The notes under the pieces were generated by a model. It searched no databases, was not told the origin of the DNA, and saw only the letters and a program-made list of their open reading frames with translations. 64,000 nt of DNA from Pseudomonadota bacterium (lineage in GTDB: Bacteria; Pseudomonadota; Gammaproteobacteria; Burkholderiales; JBFMAC01), in NCBI GenBank assembly GCA_040756015.1, contig JBFMAC010000013.1, positions 6,483 through 70,482 on the forward strand, read 5' to 3'. Shown here in pieces: positions 28,501 to 37,254 of this stretch. Every line of letters begins with the position of its first letter. Positions within the stretch are counted from its first letter, which is position 1. Position numbers and translations under genes: made by a program.

Positions 28501-29349
28501 GCCATCAATGTTGTAGTAGGTCGCCGGATTGAAAGGCACTGCCGTCCCATTGAAAGTGACGGTGTTACCCGTCGCACTCGCATTGAACGTACCGTTCCAG
28601 CCTTGCGTTGGTTGCGACAGTGTCAGGCTGGAATTTGCCCCTTGCGTCCACGTCGTATTGGTGTCGCCATTGCCGTCGAGGTATTGCAGCGTGACAGTCC
28701 CATTGTTGGTGACCGCGCCGCCCTGCTGGATCTCAACAAAGGAATTAGGCGCGTTGATCACCCCGTTGATTACCACGCTTGAAGCATTATTGTTATCGAG
28801 CCGGATGATACGGTTGCCATTGGTTTGCGCAGTGCCCGTAACCGTTCCGTCTATCGTCAGCGTAGCGGCGGCGTTGTTACCTACCCGTATCTCACTCTTG
28901 AGTGTCAGATTCAGGTTCGAGCCAGCCGGTATCGTCACGTTGGCATCGACCTGGATGCGGCCTATGTCCTTGACAGTGCCCGTGCCAGACAGCGTACTGC
29001 CATTCCCGGTCATGATGAGCTTGCCATCGTTGCCAGTACCATCGTAGGTGCCATTGATCACCACATTGCCGGAAACGGTCAAATTGTTGCCCCCGTCCAC
29101 CAGCGTGCCCCCCGCATCGATGGTAAGCGAAGCGGCGCTGCGATCGCCATTCAGGTTGACCGTGTACGGATTTTTGATGACGACAGTATCGCCTGCTCCT
29201 GGCGTTTTATTGCAACTCCATGTGGCATTGTTGTTCCAGTTGCCGCTTGCGATGCTGGTACATGTCGCCGCAACAGCCCTGCTGCAAAGCAGCAGCAACG
29301 CAAAAAAAACCGGCCAGCAATATTGCCTTTTCATGTTGCCCTCGATCAT
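25522..29349 (-). CDS. mshQ: MshQ-like large pilus tip adhesin (DUF6701-type C-terminus)
   Basis: Signal peptide, beta-rich body, and C-terminal YDDVG, TPNF, VGRFYP, RYGRL, ATFG and IYLRE motifs. Confidence 0.85.
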   Translation of the reverse strand: MIEGNMKRQYCWPVFFALLLLCSRAVAATCTSIASGNWNNNATWSCNKTPGAGDTVVIKNPYTVNLNGDRSAASLTIDAGGTLVDGGNNLTVSGNVVINGTYDGTGNDGKLIMTGNGSTLSGTGTVKDIGRIQVDANVTIPAGSNLNLTLKSEIRVGNNAAATLTIDGTVTGTAQTNGNRIIRLDNNNASSVVINGVINAPNSFVEIQQGGAVTNNGTVTLQYLDGNGDTNTTWTQGANSSLTLSQPTQGWNGTFNASATGNTVTFNGTAVPFNPATYYNIDGTGVTCPHPAGITVLGTSPCGGGGGGGGGGCNSLLPPMPAGGNVVASGSTTTIGAGTNVNGTAVTGTGNSILSPGSTTTWSAAGAALPAPPSPIPTSTVRTTVGAGGLAAGSYGDVRVTTGTGVFTGGSYFMNELYVAPGATAQLAPGDYYVNKLTVGSSITKTGGTLTLSGNGLVRIFVKTNAKGDAALYGGSSGIWDGSLINVGGNPGNLQILLYETTTYFEIGNNAQLTGFVIQPVYGGTAGAKAIDVHDNAIITGGLYTAGLLNIKNNVTFNYTPAVASAISTMSTCSGPHHFEIQHADGQGMTCAATTLTIRACADAACTTPYTTGASGTLSATGTPTVNWDGTTGGASGAGFVIASGSSSVTKNMQVAAAGSVVLDVASATPAPSGATTCNFGNPACKFTANLAGFIFSDTPTGGSYGIPSQVSGVAASGLYLRAVQASTTNPAVCTPAIIGQTAAVNMGYTCDDPATCSAGSLAIINTIAVAPTGTPVSLAFDANGAAPISARYDDVGQIRLTASTTVTPFGGATPVTLNGNSSAYVVRPHHFDLSAIKCTTADAANCGAGALAMPTPGDNPAAADAAGPSFIAAGTPFSVTVTARNALNGATPNFGKEVVPEGVALTPTLVAPAGGNNPALGGSFGAFSNGVATGTNFTWGEAGIVTLAPGIADGSYLGAGNTTGTASANVGRFYPHHFTLSGASIANRADLICTPASIFTYAGEKFRAAFTLTAQNAVNATTANYNGAFAKFDGAVPANYGFGAIDLAAPTPSLNLDIAGASSSGNWAAGVGTLNADLGLTRAAAPDGPYESFNLGMDPVDADGVKLASYDLDVNNDTVADHGLVGASKIRYGRLKLSHAHGSEVLDLPIGIQAQYWNGTVFVTNTDDNCTTLAPANITLGNYQGGITATNMGTGHVSFAGPFAVGIGNLKLTRPSPAPTGKGSVDVTVDLVTEGKTYLQGAWTGTSYNENPSARATFGVFKNPNEFIYLREDF

Positions 29350-29799
29350 TCACCGCGCGATGGTCGCGCTGATCCGTCGCTCGACATAATCCGGCGTTGC
29401 CGGTACGCCATGCCTCGCAGTGGAGATGAGTTGGTACAACCAGATCGTCGTCGCACCCTCCACCGCCGAGGTGCTGCCGCAGCTAACCGAGGCGCTGAAA
29501 CCGGCCAGCGTACCGGTAAATGCAATGACCGACGACGTCGGCGCGGCATAAGTCGCTGCACGGCAGTTGGTTGCATATACGCCGGAAGCGTTCTGCAGGG
29601 TCTGGAACGCTCCCCATTCTATGCCTGAGCGCGCCGCCTGGTAAGCACGCGCACCCACCACGTCAAGCGCGGAACTGGTCTGCTGCAAACCGGAGATAGT
29701 CACCATGAACGTCCCCAGCGCCGCCAGCACCACGACGATGAAGATGGCGGTGACCAGGCTGAAGCCGGCCTGTGCACCATGCGACGCGCTATGGGACAT
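29350..29799 (-). CDS. mshP: MSHA minor pilin MshP
   Basis: GFSLVTAIFIVVVL and ARAYQAARSGIEWG motifs. Confidence 0.88.
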   Translation of the reverse strand: MSHSASHGAQAGFSLVTAIFIVVVLAALGTFMVTISGLQQTSSALDVVGARAYQAARSGIEWGAFQTLQNASGVYATNCRAATYAAPTSSVIAFTGTLAGFSASVSCGSTSAVEGATTIWLYQLISTARHGVPATPDYVERRISATIAR

Positions 29800-30616
29800 T
29801 ATCGACATGGGCTGCATGATACAGCGTAACCGTTTCGTTCTGCCCGTCCGGCGTAGCCATGGTAATGCCGAGGCGCATCGTCACCAGCCCGGCGCGCTGC
29901 GCCACCACGTTGGCGTCGTAAGTGAAGCTGCATGCCGAAACATGGCCTGCCAGGATGGCGCTGCTGGCACCGGCCAATGGCACACCGGCCGGATTGGTCG
30001 GCTGCGCGGCCTGGATGGCATAGCCCCAGTAGCGCCGCAGTACACCGTTGGCGAGATCGCAATGATAGGTCACCGGCGTGGCCACCACATGAAAGCGTCC
30101 CCCCGGCGAGGCGAATGGAAACTTCTTGGCGCTCATGGTCACCTCGGCCCCGGCCAGGGAAGTGTAGGCAGTATTGTTGTTGCCCGCATAAGCATCCGCG
30201 CCGGGAATGCCCAGGTTGTAAACGACGAGTTGGTCGCCGCTGGACAAGGCGGGCAGCGGGCCAAGGATGTCGAACTTGGTATCAGTGACGTTGAATTCGA
30301 GCGGATTGCCGGCGCCGTTGTTGTCCTTCTCCTCACGATAGCGCCCGCCGCTGCGGGTTTGCAGGAACTCAATGAAGCGTCCCGTGGCATCGACGCGCAC
30401 GCTGTTGGGCAAGGCGAGGCGCACATCGCGCTCCATGCGGCGCAGGGCGAGGTCGGCGATGTCGGTCATTTCGGCGCGGCGCACGCTGTCCACGAACCCC
30501 CGCACCGGCGCGCGGATGAACACCGCCACCGCAGCAGCAAGGATGCCGGTGATGGCGATCACCGCCACCGCCTCCACCAGGGTGAAGCCGCGTTGAATTT
30601 TCACCGTCCGTGTCAT
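29789..30616 (-). CDS. mshO: MSHA minor pilin MshO
   Basis: RGFTLVE, RLALPNSVR and C-terminal HVDNVP. Confidence 0.9.
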   Translation of the reverse strand: MTRTVKIQRGFTLVEAVAVIAITGILAAAVAVFIRAPVRGFVDSVRRAEMTDIADLALRRMERDVRLALPNSVRVDATGRFIEFLQTRSGGRYREEKDNNGAGNPLEFNVTDTKFDILGPLPALSSGDQLVVYNLGIPGADAYAGNNNTAYTSLAGAEVTMSAKKFPFASPGGRFHVVATPVTYHCDLANGVLRRYWGYAIQAAQPTNPAGVPLAGASSAILAGHVSACSFTYDANVVAQRAGLVTMRLGITMATPDGQNETVTLYHAAHVDNVP

Positions 30617-30632
30617 GGCTTCGTCACCTTCA

Positions 30633-31187
30633 TCACGGCACCGCATTGGGCGAGTAGCGCGTGCGGTAGCCTTCCAGCACTACTGGGATATTATCGGGGC
30701 CGGTCACCGTAATGGTGATGCGCAGCGCGTCGCCTCTCGCCTGGGTGATATCGGCAAAATTCGCGGGCGCAACCGTCACGCTGGCCTGGTAACTTTCCAA
30801 CCCGATCACCGGCGTATTGGTGATGTCGACGATGCCGCCCGACATGGCAAAGCCGTGATAGTCGTTGACGTTGTCGAATGGGGTCGTGGTGGAATAGCGC
30901 GTCTCGCCCGTCTCCGGCCCCACCGCCTCGGCCGTCGTGCACCCGGCCGCGGAAGTGGCGGACGCCGCGGCCGGGTCGTCCGGATCGCAATAGGTGAACG
31001 GCATCAGCTCGATTTCTTCCAGCAGCGATTCGGCAATGGCAAGCGACTGCTTGCGGATCAGCGGATCGGCGCTGTGTGCGGTCACCCGGTTCATCACCAG
31101 CAGCACGCCGGCCAGCGCCACGCCGACGATGACGATGAACATGACGAGTTCGATCAGTGTCAGGCCGCGCTGCCGCTTATTGCACAT
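30633..31187 (-). CDS. mshD: MSHA minor pilin MshD
   Basis: RGLTLIEL, AESLLEEI, FDNVNDY and LEGYR motifs. Confidence 0.9.
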   Translation of the reverse strand: MCNKRQRGLTLIELVMFIVIVGVALAGVLLVMNRVTAHSADPLIRKQSLAIAESLLEEIELMPFTYCDPDDPAAASATSAAGCTTAEAVGPETGETRYSTTTPFDNVNDYHGFAMSGGIVDITNTPVIGLESYQASVTVAPANFADITQARGDALRITITVTGPDNIPVVLEGYRTRYSPNAVP

Positions 31188-31641
31188 AGCCGGTCTCGTT
31201 ATGAATCACGATATTCCCGGGCGTTCCGCCGCCGCTCACGGTCAGCGTCAGCGGCGCGGCAAAGTCCGGCCTGCCCAGGCCATCATAGGTAAAAGTCGCC
31301 GCGCCGATCGTCACGCCGGATGGCGCGGCGGCGACCAGGCTGGCGGCTTGGTTGGCGGGATCCCTGACCGGCGCGGTGCAGGCCGTGTCGTAACAGACTG
31401 AAACGACGTTTCCGGCGATCACTACAGAAACATTGCGCCGCTGCGCGATTGCCACTTTCTGCGCATAGCGGATCGCGGAACGCACCTGCTCGAAGTAACC
31501 GCGGGTCTCGAATATGCTGCGCTCGAAAAAACGCGGCGCGACAAAGACGGCAAGAATACCGATGATCGTGAGGATCACGACCAGCTCGACCAGGGTAAAT
31601 CCCGCACGTGGCCAACCCCGATGTCCCGAAAACCGTAGCAT
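31177..31641 (-). CDS. mshC: MSHA minor pilin MshC
   Basis: GFTLVELV, IRYAQ, YDGLGRP and ETGYV motifs. Confidence 0.88.
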   Translation of the reverse strand: MLRFSGHRGWPRAGFTLVELVVILTIIGILAVFVAPRFFERSIFETRGYFEQVRSAIRYAQKVAIAQRRNVSVVIAGNVVSVCYDTACTAPVRDPANQAASLVAAAPSGVTIGAATFTYDGLGRPDFAAPLTLTVSGGGTPGNIVIHNETGYVQ

Positions 31642-31720
31642 GGTCAGATTGGAAAGGAAGAAGGGCAGCAACGCTGCCCCACATTCCTTGTCTGGACAAT
31701 TACACGCTCGTTGACGACGA

Positions 31721-32179
31721 TTACTGGCAGTTATCGGCAGTGGTGGCAGTCAGCGTGATGGTCGGCGAAGCATTGGACGCTGCGGCAGTATACTGAACCT
31801 GGCAATTCGCTGGCGTACCCACTCCATTCGGCGTGATTGTCAACGGTGCCGTACCCGCAGTGACATAACCGGTTCCAATCTGGGCTGCGGCAAGAATGCC
31901 ACTCGCATCTGCCGTCGGATAGCCATTCGACATGGTGATAGTGGTACCTTCCATCGAAACGGTAGCCGCAGCGGAAGAATTCGCCACCAGCCAGGCCGCA
32001 TGCGCCAGCGAAGCGGCAGAATTCACCGCGCCCAACGCACCCTGCGCCGATGCATAGCGCGCATCGTTCTGCAAATTGACAAACCGCGGCAGCGCCGTCG
32101 CCGCCAGGATGCCGAGGATCACGATCACCACGATCAATTCAATCAGGGTAAAACCCCGTTGCAGCATTTGCTTTCTCAT
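31721..32179 (-). CDS. mshA: MSHA major pilin MshA
   Basis: [29 protein letters not shown] and a C-terminal Cys pair; AGAGGAG RBS. Confidence 0.92.
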   Translation of the reverse strand: MRKQMLQRGFTLIELIVVIVILGILAATALPRFVNLQNDARYASAQGALGAVNSAASLAHAAWLVANSSAAATVSMEGTTITMSNGYPTADASGILAAAQIGTGYVTAGTAPLTITPNGVGTPANCQVQYTAAASNASPTITLTATTADNCQ

Positions 32180-32335
32180 TTCACTTCTCCTCTGTGAAGG
32201 GCCATGCCCCATTTAAACCGTCGCCCGATGCACTTACGCCGCAGCGTGCCATCCGGCGACAGACTTTTGGCGTACCTCGCGGGACGCCGCAATCCTGCCC
32301 AACCCAACTTAAATGTCGCTTAGCGACATATCAGC

Positions 32336-32351
32336 AGCAAAACCCGGGCCA
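32336..32351 (-). promoter_or_regulatory. Sigma54 (-24/-12) promoter for mshA
   Basis: Minus strand TGGCCCGGGTTTTGCT with GG-N10-GC spacing. Confidence 0.65.
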
Positions 32352-32360
32352 ATTCTTGAC

Positions 32361-32969
32361 TCATCTCAAGAAAATGCCCAGCACGCTCAGGGCGTACAGG
32401 CTGCCCAGCACCACCAGCATGCCCACCACGCGGATATGACGTTCGATGAAGCGGTCCGGGAAGTCGCGCATCACGTCGAGCCGCATCAGGGTTTCGTCGG
32501 TGGCGCGCCAGCGGTTGGCCGCCGCCTCGAAGCCGCGCATCAGGCTGGGCCGCACGAACAACAGCGCACCGACGATAGCGGCAAACATGCTGCCCACCGA
32601 CAGCAGGATCACCATTGCTTCCAGCAGCCATGCCACGAGGGCGCGCGGCATCTCGCGCGTCAGCACTGTTATCGTCACCTTCTGGTCGAAATTGAATAAA
32701 AAAACGTAGAGGACGAATAGCGAGCCGCCCAGGATCAGCGTTCCCATGACGCGGTGGTTACGGTAAACGAAGCGCTCGATGCGGAAGATGCGGTCGAGCG
32801 GATGCGACAATCTGTCGGTGGCAATCCAGCGGCTGGTGTAATCGTTGAGCTTCAGCACGATGTGCGGGCGCACCATCATGCCGATGCCGAACAGGAGGGC
32901 AAACACGCAGCCGACCCCGACAAACATCAGGAAACTTTGCAGCAGGATGTCACTCAGCATCCCTGTCAT
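32361..32969 (-). CDS. Hypothetical multi-TM protein with an internal two-fold repeat
   Basis: Clean ORF within the operon; about four hydrophobic segments; duplicated VRP..RW.ATD..LD..RF..R..RV.G..GSL motif. Confidence 0.8.
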   Translation of the reverse strand: MTGMLSDILLQSFLMFVGVGCVFALLFGIGMMVRPHIVLKLNDYTSRWIATDRLSHPLDRIFRIERFVYRNHRVMGTLILGGSLFVLYVFLFNFDQKVTITVLTREMPRALVAWLLEAMVILLSVGSMFAAIVGALLFVRPSLMRGFEAAANRWRATDETLMRLDVMRDFPDRFIERHIRVVGMLVVLGSLYALSVLGIFLR

Positions 32970-33004
32970 TGGCCGTCCGCTTTCATGCTTTCATGGTCGA
33001 ACAT

Positions 33005-33514
33005 TCAACCGGCAAACCAGCCGTACGAGCCCACCGGCTCGACCACCACGCCGCCGATATCGCGCCCATCCTTGTTATAAACGATCTTGACACGATAGCG
33101 CACCCGCCTGCCCCCCTGCTCCTGCGGCTGGAAATGCTCGGCAAGTTCCACCAGGTACACCAGTTCATGGCTCTTGAGGTCGTAGTACCAGCCGCCCGCC
33201 GCCACCTTGCCATCATCGGGATCGAAAAATTCCCCACGGTAATTAGATGGCCGTTGCGCCAGCCAGTTCATCGGATTCTCCGATGTCAGCAGCCCGGCCT
33301 CCGCCAGCCTGCCCTCCACCGCCAGCTTGGCCACCTGGAGGTTGAGCGCGCTCTGTACCACCGCCGCCACCTGTTCCATCGCCGCCTTCTCCGCACGCTC
33401 CTGGTACCACAGCACGCGGTTGAGAAACACTGCCGCCAGGATGCCGACGATGGCGATCACCAGCAGCAGCTCGAACATCGTGAAGCCGCCAGGCCGCCTC
33501 GCTTTCCGCTTCAT
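33005..33514 (-). CDS. MshB/MshF-like prepilin
   Basis: GFTMFELLLVIAIVGIL prepilin motif and ENPM; directly after mshG with ATGA overlap. Confidence 0.8.
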   Translation of the reverse strand: MKRKARRPGGFTMFELLLVIAIVGILAAVFLNRVLWYQERAEKAAMEQVAAVVQSALNLQVAKLAVEGRLAEAGLLTSENPMNWLAQRPSNYRGEFFDPDDGKVAAGGWYYDLKSHELVYLVELAEHFQPQEQGGRRVRYRVKIVYNKDGRDIGGVVVEPVGSYGWFAG

Positions 33515-34737
33515 TTCAACGCTGCCCGCCCCAGATCCCATATCGGCAGGAATACGCCCAACGCCAGCACCAGCACGATGATGCCGAGCGCCACGATCAA
33601 AATGGGTTCAAGTCGCGCGCTCAAGGTGCTCAGGTCGTAATCCATCTCGCGCTCGTACATGTCGGCAACCTCGCCCATCAGGCTGTCGATCTCGCCGGTC
33701 TCCTCGCCCACCGCGATCATTTGCAGCACCACCGGGGTAAACACGCCAGTGGTCACCGCAGTACGCAACACGCTTTCGCCGCGCTCGACGCCGTCGCGCA
33801 TCTGCTCGATGCGCTGCGCAATGAAATCGTTGTCGACCACCTGCGCCACCACGCTCAATCCCTGCACCACCGGCACACCGCTCTTGAAAGTCAGCGCGAA
33901 GCTGCGCGCAAAGCGCGCCAGCGTGCCGGTCTGCACGATACGCCCGACGATGGGCAGGCGCAGCTTGATCTTGTCCCATTGGTATTTGCCATTGGTGGTG
34001 GCAACGTACATGCGGAACGCCAGCACTGCGCCTGCCACCAGCGCCAGCATCAGTGGCCAGAAGCGCACCACGAAATCGGAGAAACCGATCAGCAGCCTGG
34101 TCATCAGCGGCAGTTCGGCATGGAAGCCCTGGAACACCTTGACAAAAGCGGGGATCACGAACAGGTTGATCACCACCAGTGCCACCGCCATGGCAATGAC
34201 CACGAAGAACGGGTAGCGCAACGCGGTGCGGATGCGCTCCTTCATGCTGCGCTCGAACTCCAGATGGTTGTACAGGCGCAGGAAGGTTTCATCGAGCATG
34301 CCGGTCATTTCGCCGACGCGCACCATGCTGACGTAGAACGAGGAGAACACCTTGGGATGGCGGCGCAGCGCCGCCGACAGTTCGCGCCCGGAATCGAGGC
34401 TGTCGCGCAAATCCTGCAATACCTCGGCCATGGCGCGGTTCTGCGTGGATTCCTGCAAGCCGGCCAGCGCGCGCATGATCGGCACCCCGGCCTTGAGCAG
34501 CGTGTACATCTGGCGGCTGAACAGCAGCAGCTCCATCAGCCCGATGTCTTCTTCGCGCCAGCGCGCCAGCCACTTGCCCAGCGTGCCGTCGGGCTGCGCC
34601 TGCGCCGGGGCGATGTCGATCGGGGTCACGCCGGTGTTGAACAGCTGCGTCGCCACAGTACTGCTGTCCACCGCCTCGATACGACCCTGCACCACGTCAC
34701 CCCTGGCGTTGCGCCCCTTGTACGCGTACAGCGGCAT
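33511..34737 (-). CDS. mshG: MshG inner-membrane platform protein (T2SS F family)
   Basis: KAGVP, VGEMTG, ALRYP, VGEETG and LEPILI motifs. Confidence 0.93.
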   Translation of the reverse strand: MPLYAYKGRNARGDVVQGRIEAVDSSTVATQLFNTGVTPIDIAPAQAQPDGTLGKWLARWREEDIGLMELLLFSRQMYTLLKAGVPIMRALAGLQESTQNRAMAEVLQDLRDSLDSGRELSAALRRHPKVFSSFYVSMVRVGEMTGMLDETFLRLYNHLEFERSMKERIRTALRYPFFVVIAMAVALVVINLFVIPAFVKVFQGFHAELPLMTRLLIGFSDFVVRFWPLMLALVAGAVLAFRMYVATTNGKYQWDKIKLRLPIVGRIVQTGTLARFARSFALTFKSGVPVVQGLSVVAQVVDNDFIAQRIEQMRDGVERGESVLRTAVTTGVFTPVVLQMIAVGEETGEIDSLMGEVADMYEREMDYDLSTLSARLEPILIVALGIIVLVLALGVFLPIWDLGRAALK

Positions 34738-36440
34738 CAGTCTTCCACCTGGCTGGTGACACGGATTGCCTCGGCCAGCGTGGTCACGCCCTGTTGCGCC
34801 AGGTACAGCGCCGAGTGCTTGAACGTCCTGCCCTGCATCTGCTGCTGCGCCATGCGGTCAAAGTGCGCCGGGTCGTGATGGCTCGCCGCATCCACCAGGT
34901 GCTCGGTCATTTCCAGCATTTCGTAAACCGCGGTGCGGCCGCGGTAGCCCGTCATGTTGCAATGGCCGCAGCCGTGGCCGCGCATGTACTTCGGCGCAGG
35001 CGCATCGGCCAGCGCGTGGGCATGCGCCCATTCCATTTCCTGCGCATCCGGGGTGTCGGGTTCAGCACAGCTCTCGCACACCTTGCGCACCAGGCGCTGC
35101 GCCATCACCGCCTGCAATGAAGTCGCCACCATGTAGCGCGGAACGCCCATGTCGATCAGACGGATCGGCGTACTGGCCGCGTCGTTGGTGTGCAGGGTGG
35201 ACAGCACCATGTGGCCGGTGATCGCCGCGCGCAGGCCGATCTGCGCGGTTTCCTGGTCGCGCATCTCGCCCACCAGGATAATATCGGGATCCTGGCGCAG
35301 CACCGAGCGCAGCACGCGCGAAAAGGTCAGGTCAATTTTCTCGTTGACCTGCACCTGGTTGATGCCGGGCAGCCGATATTCCACCGGGTCTTCGACCGTG
35401 ATGATTTTTTTCTCGATAGTGTTGAGCTCGGCCAGCACCGCGTAAAGCGTGGTGGTCTTACCGCTGCCGGTGGGACCGGTCACCAGCACCATGCCGCTGC
35501 TGCGGTGGATGATGTCGCGCAGCCGGCACAGTATCGCGTCCGGCATGCCGAGCTTGTCGAGGCCGAGCAGGCCCTTGCTCTGGTCGAGCAGGCGCATCAC
35601 CACGGATTCGCCGTGCTGGGTGGGCATGGTGGAAATGCGCACGTCCACCTTGGCGTTGCGCACGCGCACGTTGAAGCGCCCGTCCTGCGGGATGCGCTTC
35701 TCGGAAATGTCCAGGCCCGACATGATCTTCAGGCGCAAGGCCAGCGCCGACGCGATCTTGAGGTCTGCCTCGGTCTGCAAGTGCAGCACGCCGTCGATGC
35801 GCAAACGGATTTGCAACCTGCTCTCCTGGGGTTCGATGTGGATGTCGGAGGCATTCACCTGCACCGCGTCCTCGAACAGCGATTGCAGCAATTTCACCAC
35901 TGGCGCGTCTTCCGCGCCCAGTCCCATGCCGAGCGCGCCGAAATCGACGTAGGTGTCGCCAAGATCCTGTTCCAGCTCTCTCGCCAGGCCGCTGATTTCC
36001 TCGGTGCGGCGGTAGACGCGGTCGACGGTTTCCATGAGCTGATTTTCCGTCACCACCGCCAGGGCGATGTCGCGCTTCAATACCCGCGCGATTTCATCGT
36101 AGGCGAACAAATCGGTGGGATCGGCCATGCCGATGAGCAGGACCGCCTTGCGCTCCTCCAGCACCAGCGCGCGGAAACGCCGCGCCTGCGCTTCCGGCAG
36201 CCTGCGCGCCAGCTCCGGATTGACGTTGTAATACTTGAGGTTGATGTACGGGATGTTGAGCTGCTTGGCGAGCGCCTCGGAGATTTGCTCTTCGGTGACG
36301 AAACCGTTCTCGACGAAAATGCGTCCCAGCCGGCGCCCGCTGCGCTTCTGTTGATCCAATGCCAGCTTGAGCTGTTCCTGCGAAATCAGCTTCTGCTGAA
36401 CAAATGCTTCGCCCAAACGGATTTTTTCCGGGCGTGACAT
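34737..36440 (-). CDS. mshE: MshE assembly ATPase with MshEN c-di-GMP-binding domain
   Basis: Tandem RLG...L...Q motifs, GPTGSGKT, EDPVE, LRQDPD and CxxC pairs. Confidence 0.95.
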   Translation of the reverse strand: MSRPEKIRLGEAFVQQKLISQEQLKLALDQQKRSGRRLGRIFVENGFVTEEQISEALAKQLNIPYINLKYYNVNPELARRLPEAQARRFRALVLEERKAVLLIGMADPTDLFAYDEIARVLKRDIALAVVTENQLMETVDRVYRRTEEISGLARELEQDLGDTYVDFGALGMGLGAEDAPVVKLLQSLFEDAVQVNASDIHIEPQESRLQIRLRIDGVLHLQTEADLKIASALALRLKIMSGLDISEKRIPQDGRFNVRVRNAKVDVRISTMPTQHGESVVMRLLDQSKGLLGLDKLGMPDAILCRLRDIIHRSSGMVLVTGPTGSGKTTTLYAVLAELNTIEKKIITVEDPVEYRLPGINQVQVNEKIDLTFSRVLRSVLRQDPDIILVGEMRDQETAQIGLRAAITGHMVLSTLHTNDAASTPIRLIDMGVPRYMVATSLQAVMAQRLVRKVCESCAEPDTPDAQEMEWAHAHALADAPAPKYMRGHGCGHCNMTGYRGRTAVYEMLEMTEHLVDAASHHDPAHFDRMAQQQMQGRTFKHSALYLAQQGVTTLAEAIRVTSQVED

Positions 36441-36482
36441 GTTTGCTCCCGTTAAACGATAAAATATCACCGATCCGAAACA

Positions 36483-36609
36483 AATGAACTTGACACCCCC
36501 CTCCTGGCAGAGGGTAAAAGCAGTCAGTAGCTCGTAGCCTGCCTGATTCAGGTATCAGGCTTACCCCACCCCCCCGACGAGCGGGGAGGCATTGAATGCC
36601 AAGTTCATT
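36483..36609 (-). promoter_or_regulatory. Candidate structured 5' leader RNA of the mshE operon
   Basis: 16-bp closing stem with three G-U pairs on the minus strand and several internal hairpins. Confidence 0.5.
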
Positions 36610-36696
36610 CACTGCTTATCAGTATCGACACTTACGGCGCCAATTTAAGGAAAAATTAGCCTCTTTTCAAGATATTTACAAGCGATACTGCAAGAA

Positions 36697-37161
36697 ATGT
36701 TTGAAGTTGTGCTCTACCAACCGGAAATCCCGCCCAACACCGGCAACGTCATCCGACTGTGCGCCAACACCGGCGCAGGGCTGCACCTGGTCAAGCCATT
36801 GGGCTACACGCTGGACGACAAGCAGTTGCAGCGCGCCGGCCTCGACTACCACGAATATGCCAGCGTGAAGGTGCACGAGAATTGGCAGGACTGCCTGGAA
36901 GCGCTGTCCGGGCGATGCCTGTACGCGCTTTCCACGCGTGGCGCCACACGCTACGACGCGCCGCGTTACCGGGCCGGCGACGTGTTCGTGTTCGGCCCCG
37001 AAACGCGCGGCCTGCCTCAGGAACTGCTGGATGCACTACCGGAAGAACAGCGCCTGCGCCTGCCGATGCGGCCGGACAATCGCAGCCTCAACCTGTCGAA
37101 TACAGTGGCGGTAGTGGTGTTTGAAGCATGGCGGCAAAACGGCTTTGCCGGCGGGAAGTAA
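36697..37161 (+). CDS. trmL: tRNA (cytidine/uridine-34 2'-O)-methyltransferase
   Basis: PEIPPNTGN, RAGLDY, FGPETRGLP and RSLNLSN motifs. Confidence 0.96.
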   Translation: MFEVVLYQPEIPPNTGNVIRLCANTGAGLHLVKPLGYTLDDKQLQRAGLDYHEYASVKVHENWQDCLEALSGRCLYALSTRGATRYDAPRYRAGDVFVFGPETRGLPQELLDALPEEQRLRLPMRPDNRSLNLSNTVAVVVFEAWRQNGFAGGK

Positions 37162-37254
37162 ACCCAAGCTGGCAGAGCGCTGCGCAGAACATCAGCAAAA
37201 GACACACCCGCACTTGGCACAGATCAACTGTGCATTCCTTGGCGTCCTGTGCGG

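Noticed and set aside
32218-32295. c-di-GMP-I (GEMM) riboswitch in the mshA leader
   Set aside because: A GNRA hairpin and an ACGCCAAAAG segment are only loosely similar; the GGCAAA segment and tetraloop receptor are missing.
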